37,194 bases of DNA from Actinomycetales bacterium (GTDB lineage Bacteria > Actinomycetota > Actinomycetes > Actinomycetales > CAVURS01): the NCBI GenBank assembly GCA_045807245.1, contig JBJMHS010000065.1, forward strand, positions 1 through 37,194. The letters are read 5' to 3'. The position numbers and the translations under genes are program-made. Below are positions 1 to 9,758 of the stretch, one piece after another (position 1 is the stretch's first letter; the number at the start of each line of letters is the position of its first letter). Below the pieces are notes generated by a model. The model saw only the letters and a program-made list of their open reading frames with translations. It was not told the DNA's origin and made no database searches.

Positions 1-731
1 ACCACCCGAGCGAGGTCGTCGAGGTCGGCCAGGAGGTCACCGTCGAGGTCCTCGACGTCGACATGGACCGCGAGCGGGTCTCGCTGTCGCTCAAGGCGAC
101 GCAGGAAGACCCGTGGCAGCAGTTCGCGCGCACTCACGCGATCGGCCAGGTCGTGCCGGGCAAGGTCACGAAGCTGGTGCCGTTCGGTGCGTTCGTCCGC
201 GTCGAGGAGGGCATCGAGGGCCTGGTCCACATCTCCGAGCTGGCCGAGCGTCACGTCGAGATCCCGGAGCAGGTCGTCCAGGTGGGCGACGACATCTTCG
301 TCAAGGTCATCGACATCGACCTCGAGCGGCGGCGGATCTCGTTGAGCCTCAAGCAGGCCAACGAGAGCGTCACCGGTGGCGCGGACTTCGACCCGACGCT
401 GTACGGCATGGCGGCCGAGTACGACGAGGCCGGCAACTACAAGTACCCCGAGGGTTTCGACCCCGAGACGAACGAGTGGCTCGAGGGGTACGACGCGCAG
501 CGCGAGGTCTGGGAGAAGCAGTACGCCGAGGCGCACGAGCGCTGGGAGGCGCACAAGCGCCAGGTCGAGGAGATGGCCAAGGCCGACGCCGAGGCGCGGG
601 CCGAGGCCGGCGAGGCGCCGACCGGCTCCTACTCCTCATCGGCCGCGGACGAGACCACCGACGACGCCGAGGGCACCCTGGCCTCGGACGAGGCGCTGGC
701 CGCTCTGCGGGAGAAGCTCACCGGCAACTGA
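1..731 (+). CDS. rpsA: 30S ribosomal protein S1, 5' truncated by the window edge
   Basis: Frame open from base 3 (HPSEVVEVGQEVTVEVLDVDMDRERVSLSLK); S1 repeat GKVTKLVPFGAFVRVEEGIEGLVHISELA; actinobacterial C-terminus GTLASDEALAALREKL; TGA ends at 731. Confidence 0.98.
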   Translation, partial: HPSEVVEVGQEVTVEVLDVDMDRERVSLSLKATQEDPWQQFARTHAIGQVVPGKVTKLVPFGAFVRVEEGIEGLVHISELAERHVEIPEQVVQVGDDIFVKVIDIDLERRRISLSLKQANESVTGGADFDPTLYGMAAEYDEAGNYKYPEGFDPETNEWLEGYDAQREVWEKQYAEAHERWEAHKRQVEEMAKADAEARAEAGEAPTGSYSSSAADETTDDAEGTLASDEALAALREKLTGN

Positions 732-762
732 GGTCTGCGGCCACAGCGCCGTTCAGTAACGC

Positions 763-800
763 CGGCGGCCCCGGACCCGATTACGGGTCCGGGGTCGTTG
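763..800 (+). terminator. GC-rich hairpin, probable intrinsic terminator after rpsA
   Basis: CGGCGGCCCCGGACCCG-ATTA-CGGGTCCGGGGTCGTTG: 17-bp stem with three G:U pairs, about 30 nt after the rpsA stop. Confidence 0.75.
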
Positions 801-899
801 CTCTGTACGGGTTTCCGCGTTCACCGGACCGCGGCGCCGCGAGCGGGCTAGGTTCCGGACGGACGCGAGCAGGATCGCTGGCTGGAGACGAGGAGCGGG

Positions 900-2372
900 T
901 TGACGATGATGCGTGCACGAATGGCCGGCCTGCTCGGTGGAGCAATGCTGGTTGTCGGAGGGCTGGCCGTCGCACCGGCCCCCGCCACGGCATCGCCCGG
1001 GGGCGGCGGCGCGGCCGTGACCTCCGGGGTCCGTCTGGTGACGACGAAGCACTCGTTGCTCGGCGTACACCAGTGGTACGCGCAGGAGGCCAACGGGCTG
1101 CCGGTTCTCGGCGGCTACTACGCGGTCCACACCGGCAGCCACGGCGCGGTCACCGTCGATGACGGACGCCTCGCGGTCTCCTCGAACGTCGCCCGGTCCG
1201 CCACCGTGACGGCCGCCTCCGCACAGCAGCGCGCCGTCTCCGCGGTCCAGGTGGCCTCCGCCGCCGCGGCGTCCACCGCCGGCAAGGTGGGACCACAGCT
1301 GCTGGCCGGCCAGGCGCCCACCTCGACCACAGCGGCTCTGGCCATCCAACCGGGTGCGCAGTCCCGCCTCGTGTGGCGCGTCGTCGGGCACAGTCCGAGC
1401 GGCTCCACCCAGACCCTGGTCGACGCCACGTCGGGCGCGGTCCTGAGCACCACCTCGCTGACCAAGGAGGTCAACGGCACCGGCAAGGTGTTCGACCCGA
1501 ACCCCGTGGTCTCCCTCAAGAACGAGAGCCTCAAGGACCAGAACGACAGCAACGCGGCGGTGCCGGCTGCGGCGTACAAGACGGTGACACTCACCAACCT
1601 GGCGGCCGGGAGCAAGCTGACCGGTGACTACGTCAAGATCCGCAACGGCAACATCGCCAGCTCGACCACGCGGGTCTACTCCTACCAGCGCAACGCCGAC
1701 CAGTTCGAGCAGGTCGAGGCCTACTACCAGCTGACCCAGGCGCAGAAGTTCATCCAGAGCCTCGGCTTCAACGACGTGAACAACGAGCCGCAGGACGTGT
1801 TCACCGACACGATCCCGGACGACAACTCGTTCTACGACGACTCGAACGACACCATCACCTACGGCCGCGGCGGCGTCGACGACGCCGAGGACGCCGAGGT
1901 CGTGTGGCACGAGTACGGACACGCGATCCAGGACGACGAGGTGCCGGGCTTCGGCTCCAGCGAGCAGGCCGGCGCCATCGGTGAGGGCTTCGGTGACTAC
2001 TTCGCAGTCACCATGAGCCAGCCGGTGAGCAACGGTTTCAACGTGCCGTGCGTCATGGACTGGGACTCCACCTTCTACACGTCGACCGTGCCGCACTGCC
2101 TGCGTCGTACCGACACGAACAAGACGACGGCCGACATCGACGGCGAGGTCCACGACGACGGTGAGATCTGGTCGCGTGCCCTCTGGGACATCAACAAGTC
2201 GCTCGGCCGGGTGAAGGCCACCAGGATCGTCCTCGAGGCCCAGTTCTCCTACCGCCCCGACACCTCGTTCGCGCAGGCGGCGAACGTGACGGTCAACACC
2301 GCGAAGTCGCTCTACGGCACGACGGTGTCCAGCACCGTCAAGCAGGCGTTCGTCGCGCGCAAGATCCTCTGA
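900..2372 (+). CDS. Secreted zinc metalloprotease, M36 (fungalysin-like)/M4 clan, with propeptide
   Basis: Signal peptide (MMRARMAGLLGGAMLVVGGLAVAPAPATA); FTP/PepSY-like pro-region (LVWRV...TLVDATSGAVL); HEYGH zinc motif, GAIGEGFGDY third-ligand motif, EVHDDGEIWS. GAGGAG RBS at 890-895; start is TTG900 or ATG906. Confidence 0.85.
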   Translation: MTMMRARMAGLLGGAMLVVGGLAVAPAPATASPGGGGAAVTSGVRLVTTKHSLLGVHQWYAQEANGLPVLGGYYAVHTGSHGAVTVDDGRLAVSSNVARSATVTAASAQQRAVSAVQVASAAAASTAGKVGPQLLAGQAPTSTTAALAIQPGAQSRLVWRVVGHSPSGSTQTLVDATSGAVLSTTSLTKEVNGTGKVFDPNPVVSLKNESLKDQNDSNAAVPAAAYKTVTLTNLAAGSKLTGDYVKIRNGNIASSTTRVYSYQRNADQFEQVEAYYQLTQAQKFIQSLGFNDVNNEPQDVFTDTIPDDNSFYDDSNDTITYGRGGVDDAEDAEVVWHEYGHAIQDDEVPGFGSSEQAGAIGEGFGDYFAVTMSQPVSNGFNVPCVMDWDSTFYTSTVPHCLRRTDTNKTTADIDGEVHDDGEIWSRALWDINKSLGRVKATRIVLEAQFSYRPDTSFAQAANVTVNTAKSLYGTTVSSTVKQAFVARKIL

Positions 2373-2406
2373 CGTCGAGGCTCCGACGGCCCCGTAGGCT
2401 CGGCGG

Positions 2407-3029
2407 GTGCTCAGAGTCGGACTGACGGGCGGCATCGGGTCGGGCAAGTCCACGGTGTCACGACGCCTGGCCGAGCTCGGCGCCGTCGTCATCGACTCCG
2501 ACGTCCTCGCCCGCGAGGTGGTCGAGCCGGGGACACCGGGGTACGACGCGGTCGTGGCCGCCTTCGGGCCGGCCGTCGTGGCGCCAGACGGCACGCTCGA
2601 CCGTGCGGCGCTGGCGCGGTCCGTGTTCGCGGACCCGGACCAGCGCGCGACCCTCAACGGCATCGTCCACCCCCTCGTCCGCGAGCGGGCCGCGAGCATG
2701 GCCGCCGCTGCACCGGCGGACGCGATCGTGGTCCAGGACGTGCCGCTCCTGGTCGAGGCCGGTCTGGCCGACTCCTTCGACCTGGTGGTCGTCGTGGACG
2801 CGCCGGACCAGCAGCGGGTCGACCGGCTGGTCGAGGACCGCGCCATGTCCGCGGACCAGGTACGCGACCGGATCGCCGCGCAGGCCGACCGGCAGCAGCG
2901 GCTGGATGCCGCCGACCACGTCATCGACAACTCCGGCACCCGGGCGTCCCTGCTGGCGCAGGTGGACCTGCTGTGGACCGAGCTGCGCCGGGCGGCCGGG
3001 TTGTCGGCGCCGACACTTACGGTGGAGCC

Positions 3030-3033
<4 letters not shown>
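2407..3033 (+). CDS. coaE: Dephospho-CoA kinase
   Basis: [14 protein letters not shown]-loop, [25 protein letters not shown]; usual position between rpsA and uvrB; TAGGCT -10 at 2395-2400, 6 nt before GTG. Confidence 0.97.
3002..3023 (+). promoter_or_regulatory. PafBC-dependent (RecA-NDp type) DNA-damage promoter of uvrB
   Basis: TGTCGG-N10-TACGGT matches the TGTCGG-N10-TANNNT consensus; ATG3030 follows after 6 nt. Confidence 0.8.
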
Positions 3034-5140
<2,107 letters not shown>

Positions 5141-5144
<4 letters not shown>

Positions 5145-5530
5145 GTCCGCGACGACGGCTCACCGCCGCCGACGTGCGCGGGCATTGCCTGGCCAAGCCG
5201 GGGGCCTGGCTGGACCAGCCGTGGGAGGGCGACCACGTGGCCAAGGTCGGCGACAAGATCTTCGCCTTCCTCGGCGGCGGGGACGCACCGCCCGGCGAGG
5301 CTGCGGCGCCGGCCGGGGTCGGGCTCAAGTGCGGCCGCGCCCGCGAGGAGGCCGACGAGTGGGTGCAGCGCTTCCCGGACGACGCGCGCAGCTCGGCGTA
5401 CATCGGCCGGTTCGGCTGGAACGTCCTGACGATCGGTGGTGCGATCCCGGACGACGAGCTGCTCGAAGCCGTTGACGCGTCGTACGAGCAGGTGGTCGCC
5501 GGTCTGCCTCGGTCCAACCGGCCCGGCTGA
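5141..5530 (+). CDS. MmcQ/YjbR family putative DNA-binding protein
   Basis: [60 protein letters not shown] fit the family pattern; GTGA overlap with the uvrB stop. Confidence 0.85.
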
Positions 5531-5544
5531 GCGGGCCGTTCCTA

Positions 5545-5574
5545 CCGGGCCCGGGTCAGCGGACCCGGGCCCGG
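5545..5574. terminator. Perfect 13-bp hairpin between convergent genes, probable bidirectional terminator
   Basis: CCGGGCCCGGGTC-AGCG-GACCCGGGCCCGG lies between the stop at 5530 (+) and the stop at 5579 (-). Confidence 0.75.
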
Positions 5575-5578
5575 CTGG

Positions 5579-5746
5579 TCACGACTCGCGCCGGGGCACG
5601 ATCCGAAGCAGCACGATGCCGAGCATGATCAGGGTGGCGGCGGCCACCAGGTAGTGCGCGGTGTTGAGGCCGGTGAAGGCCAGCCCGCCGGTGCCGGCGG
5701 CCGCGGTGATCTTGGTCCCGAGAACGACCGGGTCGTGGTGGTACAT
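5579..5746 (-). CDS. 55-aa membrane peptide with an LAFTG sortase-type sorting signal
   Basis: ATG5746 with strong RBS TAGGAGGGGA overlapping the GT2 stop; MYHHDPVVLGTKITAAAGTGG-LAFTG-LNTAHYLVAAATLIMLGIVLL-RIVPRRES = motif, hydrophobic helix, basic tail. It is the 3' end of track ORF 5579..6322. Confidence 0.8.
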   Translation of the reverse strand: MYHHDPVVLGTKITAAAGTGGLAFTGLNTAHYLVAAATLIMLGIVLLRIVPRRES

Positions 5747-5757
5747 GGATTCCCCTC

Positions 5758-6939
5758 CTAGTGCGACGTTGCCGTCGGCGTGCGGTGTGCGGTGTGCGGT
5801 GAACCCGAGCCGTGCGCCCAGTGCGCCTCCGAACGACGGAGGATGTGGACGCCGGCCCGGACGAAGGTGGCTTGCAGGAACAGGTCGTAGAAGATCTCCG
5901 GCAGGACGGCGATGGCCAACAACCGGCCGCGGCGGGTGCCGACCCGCCAGACCGTGACGATGCGCTCGGACAGGAACAGCACCGACACCCCGGCCCACCA
6001 GGGCGACCAGCGGATCAGGCCCAACGACGCGTCGATCGCCGTGACCGCGACGAACAGGCCGAACACCAGCGTGCAGAGCAGGAGCCCGGTCTGCTGGAAC
6101 CAGTAGCGCCGGGTCACGGGCGTCCAGCCGTAGCAGAGCAGGTTCTCGATCGCCCCGCGGTACCAGCGCAACCGCTGGCGGTGCAGGTCGCCCGGAGTGG
6201 GCATCAGCTCGGTCCGGACGATGCACTCGCGTGGCGAGATCATGTGCCAGCCCAGGTGCTTGAGGGCCAGCGTGATCTCGTTGTCCTCGGTGAGGGCCGC
6301 CGTGTCGTAGACGTCGCCACACCGGCCGGGCAGGAACCGGCCGCGCTGTTCGGTCACCTGCACGAGCGCGCGGACCTGGTAGATCGTGGCCGTTCCGGTG
6401 AGGACCATGACCTGGCCGTGCTTGCGGGCGACGGAGCGGGCGAACCGGACGTACTCGTTGGCCTGCGCCTGCTCCAGCAGGGTCGTAGGCGAGTTGCCGG
6501 TGAAGACCCCTCCGACCGCGCCGAGCAGCGGGTCGGCCTGGAACCGGCGCACGGCCTGCGCCAGGAAGTCCGGCACCAGGCTGGAGTCGGCATCCACGAC
6601 CAGGACGAAGTCGTCCGGGTCCATCCGCAGCAGGTAGCGACGCAGATACTGGTTGAGAGCTCCCGCCTTCTTCTCGGTGTTGTCGCTGGTCGAGAAGACG
6701 TCAGCGCCTTCGACCAGGGCCACGCCGACCGTGCGGTCGGTGCAGTTGTCGGCCAACACCGTGATGCTGCGAGGCGGGAGCGACTGCCCGCGTAGAGAGC
6801 GGATCGTCGCCCCGATCGAGCTCTCTTCGTTGTGAGCAGGGATGAGGACGTGGATCGATGCCTGCGGGGCCGACCGCCCGGCCTCGCGCAGGGATCGTTC
6901 ACTGTCGGTGACAGTGCTCCGGTCCTCGATGTGCAGCAT
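5758..6939 (-). CDS. Processive family 2 glycosyltransferase (PgaC/IcaA/cellulose-synthase-like)
   Basis: LIPAHNEE, ADNCTD, KKAGALN, VVDADS (DxD), LTEDNEIT (TED), QRLRW (QxxRW) and C-terminal hydrophobic helices; TACTCT -10 lies 6 nt before ATG6939. Confidence 0.9.
   Translation of the reverse strand: MLHIEDRSTVTDSERSLREAGRSAPQASIHVLIPAHNEESSIGATIRSLRGQSLPPRSITVLADNCTDRTVGVALVEGADVFSTSDNTEKKAGALNQYLRRYLLRMDPDDFVLVVDADSSLVPDFLAQAVRRFQADPLLGAVGGVFTGNSPTTLLEQAQANEYVRFARSVARKHGQVMVLTGTATIYQVRALVQVTEQRGRFLPGRCGDVYDTAALTEDNEITLALKHLGWHMISPRECIVRTELMPTPGDLHRQRLRWYRGAIENLLCYGWTPVTRRYWFQQTGLLLCTLVFGLFVAVTAIDASLGLIRWSPWWAGVSVLFLSERIVTVWRVGTRRGRLLAIAVLPEIFYDLFLQATFVRAGVHILRRSEAHWAHGSGSPHTAHRTPTATSH
5780..5800. 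repeat. Tandem repeat (GTGCGGT)x3 in the 3' end of the GT2 gene
   Basis: Three exact 7-bp units at 5780-5786, 5787-5793 and 5794-5800. Confidence 0.9.
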
Positions 6940-7100
6940 GCACTGAGAGTAAGAATCGAATGCGGTGCGGCGCGGCCAAACGGCGGTCGCTGAGCGTGAG
7001 GTTCACCCTGCTCGCCGTGTGCATCTCACGATGAGTAACCGGAGGCTACGCGAGGCGGTGGTCGAAGCGGACCGGCCCGGCACTAGGCTGGGACGGTAAC

Positions 7101-7204
7101 CGCGGAGGGGAGTATCCCGTCAGCGGCGTCTCGTCATCACGGGTCGTTTCGGCCCCGGGACGTCGGCCGCCCCGGCTGACCGGGCGGCGGGAGAGACCTC
7201 CGGC
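7101..7204 (+). ncRNA. yybP-ykoY manganese riboswitch
   Basis: Conserved elements GGAGGGGAGUA near 7104-7114, UCGUCAUCACGG and closing GAGAGACCUCCG that pairs with the 5' end; upstream of a TerC/Alx gene; TAGGCT -10 at 7084-7089. Boundaries approximate. Confidence 0.88.
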
Positions 7205-7249
7205 ACCGAGCGCCGGCGACCGCCGGCGACGCGAGAGCCGGAGGAACGC

Positions 7250-8239
7250 ATGCACGTCTCCACCCTCACCTGGGTGATCACGGTCGGGCTGGCCTCGGCC
7301 TTCCTGCTGTTCGACGTCTTCTGGGTCGGCCGGCGTCCGCACGAGCCGTCGCTGCGCGAGTCGGCCGTGGTCCTGACCTTCTATGTGCTGCTCGCGCTGG
7401 CGTTCGGCCTCTGGGTCTGGTCCTCGTCCGGCGCTCGGTACGCCGGCGAGTTCTACGCCGGCTGGCTCACCGAATACTCGTTGTCGATCGACAACCTCTT
7501 CGTCTTCCTCATCATCATGACCCGCTTCGCCGTGCCGCGGGCGCTCCAGCAGACGGCACTGCTGGTCGGGATCATCCTGGCGCTGGTCCTGCGTGGGCTG
7601 TTCATCGCCGTCGGTGCCGCCGCCATCTCGGCGTTCAGCTGGGTGTTCTACCTGTTCGGGGCCTTCCTGGTCTACACCGCGGTCAAGCTGGCGCGACAGG
7701 GCAGGGACGAGCACGAGGAGTATCACGAGGGACGGATGATCCGCTGGATGCGGCGCGTGCTGTCGGTGTCGACCGAGTGGCGCGGACCGCACCTGACCCG
7801 CCGGGAGAACGGGCGTCGCGTCGTGACGCCGATGCTCGTCGTCCTGGTCGCCCTCGGCACGACCGACCTGTTGTTCGCCCTGGACTCCATCCCGGCCATC
7901 TACGGCCTGACCAAGGAGCCGTATCTGGTCCTGATGGCGAACATCTTCGCCCTGATGGGTCTGCGCCAGCTCTACTTCCTCATCGGTGGGCTGCTCGAAC
8001 GGCTGGTCTTCCTCAGCCTCGGCCTGTCGTTCCTGCTCGGCTTCATCGGGGTCAAGCTGATCCTGCACGCGCTGCACGAGAACGAGCTGCCGTTCGTCAA
8101 CGGCGGGGAGCACGTCGGGTGGGCGCCGGACATCTCGATCTCGGTGTCCTTGCTCGTCATCCTCGGCACCCTTGTCGTCACGACCGTGGCCAGCCTTCTG
8201 CACGAGCGGGGCGTGACCGGCCGGCGTGGTCGGCCCTAG
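7250..8239 (+). CDS. terC: TerC/Alx family membrane protein, probable Mn2+ homeostasis or export
   Basis: FYAGWLTEYSLSIDNLFVF, DLLFALDSIPAIYGLT, NIFALMGLRQLYF, FIGVKLILH; many hydrophobic segments; GGAGGA RBS. Confidence 0.95.
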   Translation: MHVSTLTWVITVGLASAFLLFDVFWVGRRPHEPSLRESAVVLTFYVLLALAFGLWVWSSSGARYAGEFYAGWLTEYSLSIDNLFVFLIIMTRFAVPRALQQTALLVGIILALVLRGLFIAVGAAAISAFSWVFYLFGAFLVYTAVKLARQGRDEHEEYHEGRMIRWMRRVLSVSTEWRGPHLTRRENGRRVVTPMLVVLVALGTTDLLFALDSIPAIYGLTKEPYLVLMANIFALMGLRQLYFLIGGLLERLVFLSLGLSFLLGFIGVKLILHALHENELPFVNGGEHVGWAPDISISVSLLVILGTLVVTTVASLLHERGVTGRRGRP

Positions 8240-8247
8240 GTCAACAG

Positions 8248-8925
8248 CTACCAGCCGCGCTCGCGCCACTCGCCGAGGTGCGGGCGCTCCACACCCAGCG
8301 TGGTGTCGTCGCCGTGGCCGGGATACACCCACGCCCCGTCGGGGAGGACGCCGAAGACCCGCTGCTCGACGTCGTCGATCAGGCTGGCGAAGCGCACCGG
8401 GTCCTTGTCCGTGTTGCCGACACCGCCCGGGAACAGCGAGTCTCCGGTGAAGACGTGCGGCGAACCCGCCGGGTCGTCGTACACCAGGGCCACGGAGCCG
8501 GGAGTGTGGCCCCGAAGGTGGATGACCGAGAGTGTGATGTCGCCGAACTGGACCGAATCGCCTTGGGACAGAGCGCGATTCGGTACGACAGGTAGCTCGC
8601 CTGCATCGTCATGACCGGCTGCCGTCTCGGCTCCCGTGGCTGCGACGACGTCGGCCAGCGCCCGGTGGTGGTCCCAGTGCTGGTGCGTGGTCACCACCAG
8701 GTCGAGCCGCCCGTCCGCGGACCCCTCATGGACCAGCGCGAGCAGCCGGGTGGCGTCGTCCGCAGCGTCCACGAGCAGCTGAGCCCCCGTCGTACGGCAG
8801 GTCAACAGGTAGCAGTTGTTGTCCAGGTCGCCGACGCTGGCCTTGCGGATCACCAGCTGGTCGAGCTCACGGACGGCGGACGGGCCGCCCGGCGTCACGT
8901 GCCCGGTGTACGTCGTCTCCGTCAT
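8248..8925 (-). CDS. MBL-fold metallo-hydrolase (glyoxalase II-like)
   Basis: THQHWDH (HxHxDH), GHTPGS, FTGDSLFPGG, VYPGHG; typical neighbour of actinobacterial uvrA. Confidence 0.93.
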   Translation of the reverse strand: MTETTYTGHVTPGGPSAVRELDQLVIRKASVGDLDNNCYLLTCRTTGAQLLVDAADDATRLLALVHEGSADGRLDLVVTTHQHWDHHRALADVVAATGAETAAGHDDAGELPVVPNRALSQGDSVQFGDITLSVIHLRGHTPGSVALVYDDPAGSPHVFTGDSLFPGGVGNTDKDPVRFASLIDDVEQRVFGVLPDGAWVYPGHGDDTTLGVERPHLGEWRERGW

Positions 8926-8947
8926 CAGGTCTCCTCGTCGCAGTCGG

Positions 8948-9679
8948 TCAGCCCCACGGCCCCAGCTCCGGCAGCTCCCCCGAGCTGGAGGACAACCGGG
9001 CAGCTGACCCCCGGCCGGTGATCCAGCCCAGCAGGTCGGCCGGGCTCCCGCTCACGGTGACCGGGTCCTCGTCCTCCCGGCCGTACCGCCAGCTGCCGGC
9101 GTCTCCTGCGTCGACCAGCACCGCCGGTCCGTCGGCGAACCGCCGCGCCGACTCGCCGATCTCGCGAACGACCCAGGCCGTCGAGACGTGGTCGAAGGAG
9201 TAGCCGGTGCCCAGGTCGATGTGGTGGTAGACCACCTCGCGCAGCCTCAGGGACGGCGTCCTGCGGGCCCGGATGAGGGACTGATGGGCGGGGTCGTCGT
9301 TGTTCCGCAGGCGCGGGACCTTGACGTCCAGGGCCTCGGCCGGCGTGTCCGCGAACGCCTCCAGCAAGTGCTCGGCCGAGGTCTCGACGTCCGCCTCCAG
9401 CTCGGCGGCCCGCCGATTGGCCCCCGCCTCGATGTCCGCGTCCCGAGCAGCCTGGGAGTCGTAGAACGCCCCGTCGCCGCCGTGCGCCGCGGCCAGGAGA
9501 ACATTTCGGAGCCCGTCCGCGTTGCGGGCGATGTGAGTCAGTACGTGACCTCGGGTCCAGCCCGGGCACCGGGAGTCCTGGCGGACGTCGGCGTCCGACA
9601 GGCCGTGGACCGTCTCCATCAGCAGGTCGGTCTCGTGGACGATGAGGTCCAGGTCCGGGTCGTCGGCGAATCCGGTCAT
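8948..9679 (-). CDS. Maleylpyruvate isomerase family mycothiol-dependent enzyme (DinB superfamily)
   Basis: [44 protein letters not shown]. Start moved to ATG9679, which has TACGTT -10 7 nt upstream; the longer track ORF would overlap uvrA. Confidence 0.9.
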   Translation of the reverse strand: MTGFADDPDLDLIVHETDLLMETVHGLSDADVRQDSRCPGWTRGHVLTHIARNADGLRNVLLAAAHGGDGAFYDSQAARDADIEAGANRRAAELEADVETSAEHLLEAFADTPAEALDVKVPRLRNNDDPAHQSLIRARRTPSLRLREVVYHHIDLGTGYSFDHVSTAWVVREIGESARRFADGPAVLVDAGDAGSWRYGREDEDPVTVSGSPADLLGWITGRGSAARLSSSSGELPELGPWG

Positions 9680-9729
9680 GCCCCGAAACGTACCCGCGCC
9701 CCGCACCCGGGGCGACTGCCGGCAGCGGC

Positions 9730-9751
9730 TGTCGGCGGTCCCTCCTAGCAT
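9730..9751 (+). promoter_or_regulatory. PafBC-dependent (RecA-NDp type) promoter of uvrA
   Basis: TGTCGG-N10-TAGCAT, exact consensus spacing; in-frame GTG9759 follows after 7 nt. Confidence 0.8.
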
Positions 9752-9758
9752 GTGCACC

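Noticed and set aside
5747..6322. N-terminal 190 codons of track ORF 5579..6322
   Set aside because: Out-of-frame overlap with the GT2 gene; only the last 55 codons follow an RBS and look like a protein.
6956..6971. TCGAAT... as a LexA SOS box
   Set aside because: The right half does not match GTTCG at the required spacing.
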